Shown: piece after piece, positions 61,709-64,000 of the stretch
Position numbering within the stretch: position 1 is the first letter of the stretch
Layout: each line of letters begins with the position of its first letter
Source: an uncultured Planctomycetaceae bacterium
Lineage (GTDB): Bacteria > Planctomycetota > Planctomycetia > Isosphaerales > Isosphaeraceae
Length of the DNA stretch: 64,000 bases
Reading direction: 5' to 3'
NCBI GenBank assembly: GCA_963833985.1
Contig: CAWIAD010000002.1
Coordinates: 4,384,001-4,448,000, forward strand
The notes under the pieces: model-generated
What the model was told of the DNA's origin: nothing
Seen by the model: the letters and a program-made list of their open reading frames with translations, nothing else
Databases searched by the model: none
Made by a program: the position numbers and the translations under genes

Positions 61709-61973
61709 CTCCCATGACGACCACCATCAAGACATCGCGAGACATTGCCACGTCGCTGCGCGGCTCGGCTTTCCGCCGGCTCTGCGCGGACGGCCGCACA
61801 TGGTTCCTCCGGGCCATCCCCACCTGGACGCGGGGCCCCAGGAAAGCCGCAAGACAATGCGGGCCACACGCAATATCGTGACTTCCCCACGGCTCTGATG
61901 ATCACCGAGCCGGCCCGGCACAGGCGTGGAGCGTGGCCGCGGCCGTCTCAGATTCGGCCCCCCGATTTCCATC

Positions 61974-62330
61974 ATGTCCATCGATGTGAAGCGCACCGCC
62001 AACCATTCGATCCAGTCATCGACCCTGGCCGACGTGCTCGAGCGGGTGCTCGACAAGGGACTGGTCATCGCCGGAGACATCAAGATCAAGCTCGTCGACA
62101 TCGAGCTCCTGACCATCCAGATCCGCCTGGTGGTCTGTTCGGTCGACAAGGCCCTGGAAATGGGTATGGACTGGTGGACGTCGAACTCGGCGTTTCAGTC
62201 CCAACCGGGCGCCGCGCAGGCGGGCGAGCTCGCCCAGCTTCGCGATCGCCTTGCCAGGCTCGAGGGTCAGCTCAACCCGCAGCACGCCTTGCCCGAACCC
62301 GCGGCCTCCGCTGTCCCCGCCTGCTCATGA
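61974..62330 (+). CDS. gvpJ: Gas vesicle protein GvpJ
   Basis: LADVLERVLDKGLVIAGDI, IELLTIQIRL, SVDKALEMGMDWW. Confidence 0.92.
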   Translation: MSIDVKRTANHSIQSSTLADVLERVLDKGLVIAGDIKIKLVDIELLTIQIRLVVCSVDKALEMGMDWWTSNSAFQSQPGAAQAGELAQLRDRLARLEGQLNPQHALPEPAASAVPACS

Positions 62331-62354
62331 GACAACGGCACGCGCTGAGGGCAC

Positions 62355-63908
62355 TCACCGCCGTCGGGCGGCGCTTGCCAATTCGCCACCCTTGCTGCTT
62401 GCAATCCGGTCGCTCTGGGGCATCCGAAAGATGCTGTAGCTGTGCACACTGCCCACGCAGTCCAGGCCCCAGGAGCCGACGTGCGACTTCACGGAGGGCG
62501 AACAGGCGGCGATGAACTTCACGCCGCGGTGTCTCAGTTCGCTGAGAACAGTCTCACGATCGCCGAGCAAGAGACTCGGGTTGTCGAAATGGTGCAGCGA
62601 GCTCTCCGGGATGTCCCTGTCCAGGTCCACCGCCTCGGGCCGGCCCAGGTACACCATCAGAGCAAGGAAGTTCCACTCCTTCACTTCAAGCATGACTTTC
62701 GGCGAGGTCCGTTCCTTCAGCGGCCTCAAAACCTTGCCGAGGTCGCGTGCCTCGTAAGTGTACACATAATAGCCTTCTTGTTTCGTCAGGCCGATCGCAT
62801 CGGAGCTGATCACCAGATTCGTGGTAATCGCCAGGGCGGAGAGCAAGGCCGCAAAGACGCGCGGGTGCGGCGATCGTGCCTGCCACAATCCGTACACCGC
62901 CGCCGGCATCACGGCGACCATGAGCATCGAAGGCAAGAGCATGTAGCGCGCTTCGAACGAGAGCGGCCGTCCTCCCCTGGCATAGAGCAGGAAGAGCGCG
63001 AGGAGAAAGCCGACCAGCACCGTCCAGACGATGGTCAAGCCCTTGTCTCGAGCACTCTTCTCGAACAACAGGCCCACGCTCGAGATCATGAGGACGCCGA
63101 GGATTGGCGAGTAGCTTCGGAGAGCACCGAACAGCGCCTGCAAGACCGCCCCCGGCGAAGGAACCCACCCATTGCGTGCCCAGAGCACCGCGCTGTACTC
63201 GTTGTGCTTCGAGAAGAAAGCCGTGGGATCACCCGAGCGGGCCCAGTTCCAGAGGACCCACATGATGGGGACCGAACCCAGGATGAGCAGAGAAGCCGCA
63301 ACCCCGGCACGGGCCTGCTTCTCCCTGATCAGATCTCGAATCAGGAATGCCCCGACGAGGATGGAAGCGATCCATGCATTATAATGAAAGCCACATGCAA
63401 GTGTGAAGCAGACGCAAGCGGGAATTCGCAGATCCAGGCGATCGCTCGGGCTCGCATGGGCCTTGAGATAGATTCTGAGTCCCAGCAGCCACAGGGCGAC
63501 ATACCAGATGTCGACCATCGCCGTGGCGGAGAGCATCACGACCAGAGGGTGCGTCGCGCCCAGAACCGCGGCGAGCATGCCGCCGGCCTTGCCGCCGAAA
63601 TGCCGGCCCATCCCCCAGAGCACCGCGACCAGCAGGGTGCCGCCGAAAAACGATACGAGCCGCGAGCTCCAGAGCAGGTCTCCGGTGACCAGGGACGATC
63701 CCGCCAGGAGCACGAAGTGGAGTGGCAGCCAGATACCATTGAACCACTTTTGCGGTTCCCGGAGTCCACGGTGGGCGACCACGGTCTTGGCGAACTCGTC
63801 CGGTGAGACCGTGACGAATCCCTGCGCGTATGCCAGCAGGATCAGCAGACCCAGGATCGACATCGACGCCGCGATCTGAAAGTATCGGGATCTGAGAATA
63901 GGGATCAT
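62355..63908 (-). CDS. GT-C (ArnT/PMT-like) membrane glycosyltransferase
   Basis: Many TM segments; PDE after TM1; WLPLH; RYMLLP. Confidence 0.75.
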   Translation of the reverse strand: MIPILRSRYFQIAASMSILGLLILLAYAQGFVTVSPDEFAKTVVAHRGLREPQKWFNGIWLPLHFVLLAGSSLVTGDLLWSSRLVSFFGGTLLVAVLWGMGRHFGGKAGGMLAAVLGATHPLVVMLSATAMVDIWYVALWLLGLRIYLKAHASPSDRLDLRIPACVCFTLACGFHYNAWIASILVGAFLIRDLIREKQARAGVAASLLILGSVPIMWVLWNWARSGDPTAFFSKHNEYSAVLWARNGWVPSPGAVLQALFGALRSYSPILGVLMISSVGLLFEKSARDKGLTIVWTVLVGFLLALFLLYARGGRPLSFEARYMLLPSMLMVAVMPAAVYGLWQARSPHPRVFAALLSALAITTNLVISSDAIGLTKQEGYYVYTYEARDLGKVLRPLKERTSPKVMLEVKEWNFLALMVYLGRPEAVDLDRDIPESSLHHFDNPSLLLGDRETVLSELRHRGVKFIAACSPSVKSHVGSWGLDCVGSVHSYSIFRMPQSDRIASSKGGELASAARRR

Positions 63909-64000
63909 GGCCCACTCGATCTCCGGAAAAATCGCTCCAGCGCCGCTCTCCGCCTCTGGAGATCCGGTCTGGTGTCCTATCTCTGGGCTGGGAAGGTCAA

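Noticed and set aside
1..64000. tRNA, rRNA or known riboswitches
   Set aside because: None recognised by eye; a covariance-model search would be needed to exclude them

Overview
High-GC bacterial DNA, most likely a planctomycete (Isosphaeraceae-like). This is inferred from a LEPR-XLL-type secreted protein, an ISAzo13 remnant and the general gene content. From left to right: (1) a sugar-uptake operon (galM, two SSS symporters each followed by a small membrane protein); (2) an orphan TorD-like chaperone, an acyl-CoA dehydrogenase and an RCK channel; (3) GH97; (4) a small accessory patch (TA pair, MscS, csbD, IS remnant) bounded by ~110-bp direct repeats; (5) secreted glycan-degrading enzymes and an S53 protease; (6) an AraM-like G1P dehydrogenase; (7) a large PAS/two-component/c-di-GMP signalling block; (8) a gas vesicle locus (gvpA-C-N-V?-F-G-W?-A2-K-ZnF-J). 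The gas vesicle genes are preceded by a putative proteostasis operon (TIKI/TraB-like protein, Hsp20, Cdc48, GvpF/L). The best candidate for an undescribed system is this gas vesicle locus together with its Cdc48/Hsp20 module and the adjacent heme-PAS/HD-GYP/tandem-PilZ/NarL circuit. A shared palindrome (TCAGG-N5-CCTGA-like) lies in three of its intergenic regions. About a dozen frameshifts look like long-read indel errors. All family calls come from motif recognition by eye; no database searches were run.
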